Below, one piece after another: positions 61,620-64,000 of a stretch of DNA of 64,000 nucleotides. Each line of letters begins with the position of its first letter. Positions within the stretch are counted from its first letter, which is position 1. Under the pieces are notes generated by a model. That model had not been told where the DNA came from, searched no databases, and worked only from the letters and a program-made list of their open reading frames with translations. The stretch comes from Felis catus (Eukaryota), in NCBI RefSeq assembly GCF_018350175.1, contig NC_058368.1, forward strand, positions 87,670,001-87,734,000, in the 5' to 3' direction. Position numbers and translations under genes: made by a program.

Positions 61620-62157
61620 AATTTTTATAAATATTTATAAAATGTTTCATCTATCTAAATAAGAAGTGCTATAAAATGTGTATATTTCTACACATATATA
61701 AATATAAATATGTTAAAATTTATTAAAATGTTTAGATTTATAAATATAAATATGGAATATTCATGAAGTATTTTAAAATATTTTGTATCTATATAAATAA
61801 ATAAGATATATTATACAATGTGTATATTTCTATACATATATAAATATAAATAAATATTTACATTATTTATTAAATGTTAATTTTATAAATATAAAGATGG
61901 AATATATATACAGTATTTATAAAAGTTTTATATCTATGTAAGTATAAGTAAATAAGAAATGCTACAAGATATGCATACTTCTGTAAATATATAAATGGAA
62001 AACAATTACTGAAATGCTTATATTTATATATATGAATAAAATGGACTATTTATAAATATTTTGTAGCTATATAAATATAAGTAAATAAGAAATGGTATAA
62101 AATGTGTATATTTCTATAAACATATAAATACAAATAATAATAAATAATAAATAAAAA
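61620..62157. repeat. AT-rich degenerate tandem repeat
   Basis: Recurrent ataaaatgtgtatatttcta...atatataaatataaata units. Confidence 0.8.
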
Positions 62158-62269
62158 GTCGAGGCCAAGTCGAGAAGGGGGTTCAGAGAAGCCTGACCAG
62201 AGTCTGGTCCAGGAGAGAGCATTTGTCAGAGGGAGGAAGGCCCAGTGCTCCATGCAGCCAGCCCCTGAC

Positions 62270-62552
62270 CAGCCCAGTGGGCTCCTCGTGGAAGGTCATG
62301 TCCACTTCCATAACCCAGTGGGCTCCTCCTAGAAGTTCGTGTCCACTTCCCGACCCAGTGGGCTCCTCCTGGAAGATCATGTCCACCTCTCCAACCCAGT
62401 GGGCTCCTCCCGGAAGGTCGTGTTCATTCTCCAACCCAGTGGGCTCCTCTTGGAAGGTCGTGTCCACTTCCCAACCCAGTGGGCTCCTCCTGTAAGGTCG
62501 GGTCCACCTCCCCAGCACAGTGGGTTCCTCCTGGAAGTTCGGGTCCACCTCC
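62270..62552. repeat. ~40-bp minisatellite, ~7 units
   Basis: cccagtgggctcctcctggaaggtcgtgtccacttcc recurs every ~40 nt. Confidence 0.9.
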
Positions 62553-64000
62553 ATGTGGGATAGACGAGGCCCTGCATGTGGAAGGGTTGGATGTGAGCTC
62601 TGCATACACATGCAGTTAGAGCCAAGATGTGTACCCTGCCTCCTTGTCCCACACTGCTTCCCGGGAAGACACACCTTCCCATGCCACATTTTACCTGTCA
62701 ACAGGAAGCAAGGTGAGGCAGTCAGTTCCTTGGGCCACGTTTATTCTCCTACTTATGGAAAGAGTGTTTTTTAGGCTTGACACAGATTTGCATCATAAGG
62801 TCAAAGCCAGGCCCAGAGCCTGGAAATGTTTGTTTCAAGGATGACCCCAGAAATGCAGCAAGGAAGGTAACACTGGGAGAGGAGGAAGACTGTTTTCCCT
62901 GTAAATATGACTAACCAGAGACACAACAGGAGAAAAACAAACAGAAACTGATTAGCATGTGCATGATGCATACACGTGGGGGACTTGCAGGACTGCTTGG
63001 AACTTGGGTCTAAAAACTCACTTAAGACAGGAAAGTGGGAGTAGGTAGGGAGCTTATGGAAAAGCAAATGTCTTTTTGGAAAGATGAATGAGCCCTCAGG
63101 AAATAGACCAGAGATGTGCCCGTTTGGGACCAAGTTCATCTGGGACTGAGGCTGGCTTCCCTCCTCCAAGAAGAGATTAGGATTGTTCTTGGGGCATATT
63201 TAGGACCCCTGAAGTTTCTTTTTTTCAGGCGGCCCTGCCTTAGGCTGATGTAGGATTTCAGGATCTCAAAGGCCTTAAACTGAAAATAATTATGTCGCAG
63301 TCCCATATTTTAGGGTGGCATGCCCCATCTCATCTCCAAGAAGCATACAAGTCTTATTCCAGCTGTGATATGATTCAAAACCACACCTCCAGTAATAGAG
63401 AAAATTAGCAATTTTGTCCTGAAAGAGTGAATGTAACAGTGTCTATAAGATATACAGAGGCTTTTACTAACTGAAAGAAATCTGAAGAGGACTTTTGCTT
63501 TTACTAAAAAGGTGAAAAGCAAAGATAGGATTCAGCATTTGATTGCAGCAATCTGTCCAGAGGCAGCGCACAGCAGACCAGTGAGAGTGGCGCCACCCAG
63601 CTCCTTCCCCGGGAACCACACTTAGCATCTCAGCATCCAGCCGCCAGAAATTTGAACTATCTATGAGCATCTGTGCTTTATCTTGATTTATATTGTGCAT
63701 CTGTTAGCAAGGGGTCAACATGGTGGAGAAGTAGGGGGATCTATACTTCCCACATCTGTCAAACAAAGAAGTTCAGAAGCCAAAGGACTTTGAAAACCAG
63801 AGCCTGGGAGGAAAAAAGACAGAATCTACTAGGAAGAAAATGGGAAAGCTGGAAAAAAGATACGACTACTCCAAGGAACAAATCAAAGCACACCTGGTGG
63901 AGGGTCCAAAATATCACTATGAGTAGGGTAATAAAATAATCAAAGTCACAACAATAGACAGCATGTAACAATCTCCAAAAAAACACCTCCTGAAGGGCCA

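Noticed and set aside
62690..64000. Possible LTR/ERV-derived sequence at the window end
   Set aside because: Suggestive composition only; I could not assign a family or boundaries.

Overview
Mammalian genomic DNA, most likely from a felid, judged from Felis-type CAN-SINEs and carnivore LINE-1s. About half the window is L1, SINE and LTR debris. The main structure is a large inverted segmental duplication with arms at ~10.36-20.93 kb and ~44.86-59.77 kb and a ~24 kb repeat-rich spacer. It carries two head-to-head butyrophilin-like genes closest to BTNL10. Copy B (+ strand, 50011-58957) splices into an intact 539-aa protein: signal, IgV, IgC, TM, two micro-exons, B30.2/PRYSPRY. Copy A (- strand, 16294-~11341) keeps an intact signal-IgV-IgC ectodomain. 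An 11-nt insertion in its TM exon preserves a hydrophobic helix but ends the protein at 297 aa in ...CSWKKRD*, a KKxx-type terminus, and its B30.2 exon is frameshifted and decaying. Long intronic and flanking tracts are nearly identical between the arms, while divergence concentrates in islands over the IgV exon, the IgC 3' end, the TM exon and the B30.2 5' half. This suggests gene conversion opposed by selection, and a possible paired full-length / B30.2-less BTNL system. The spacer holds a second inverted L1 pair sharing private mutations, one half of an older inverted duplication, and a betaretrovirus-type env-LTR relic. All alignments were done by eye.
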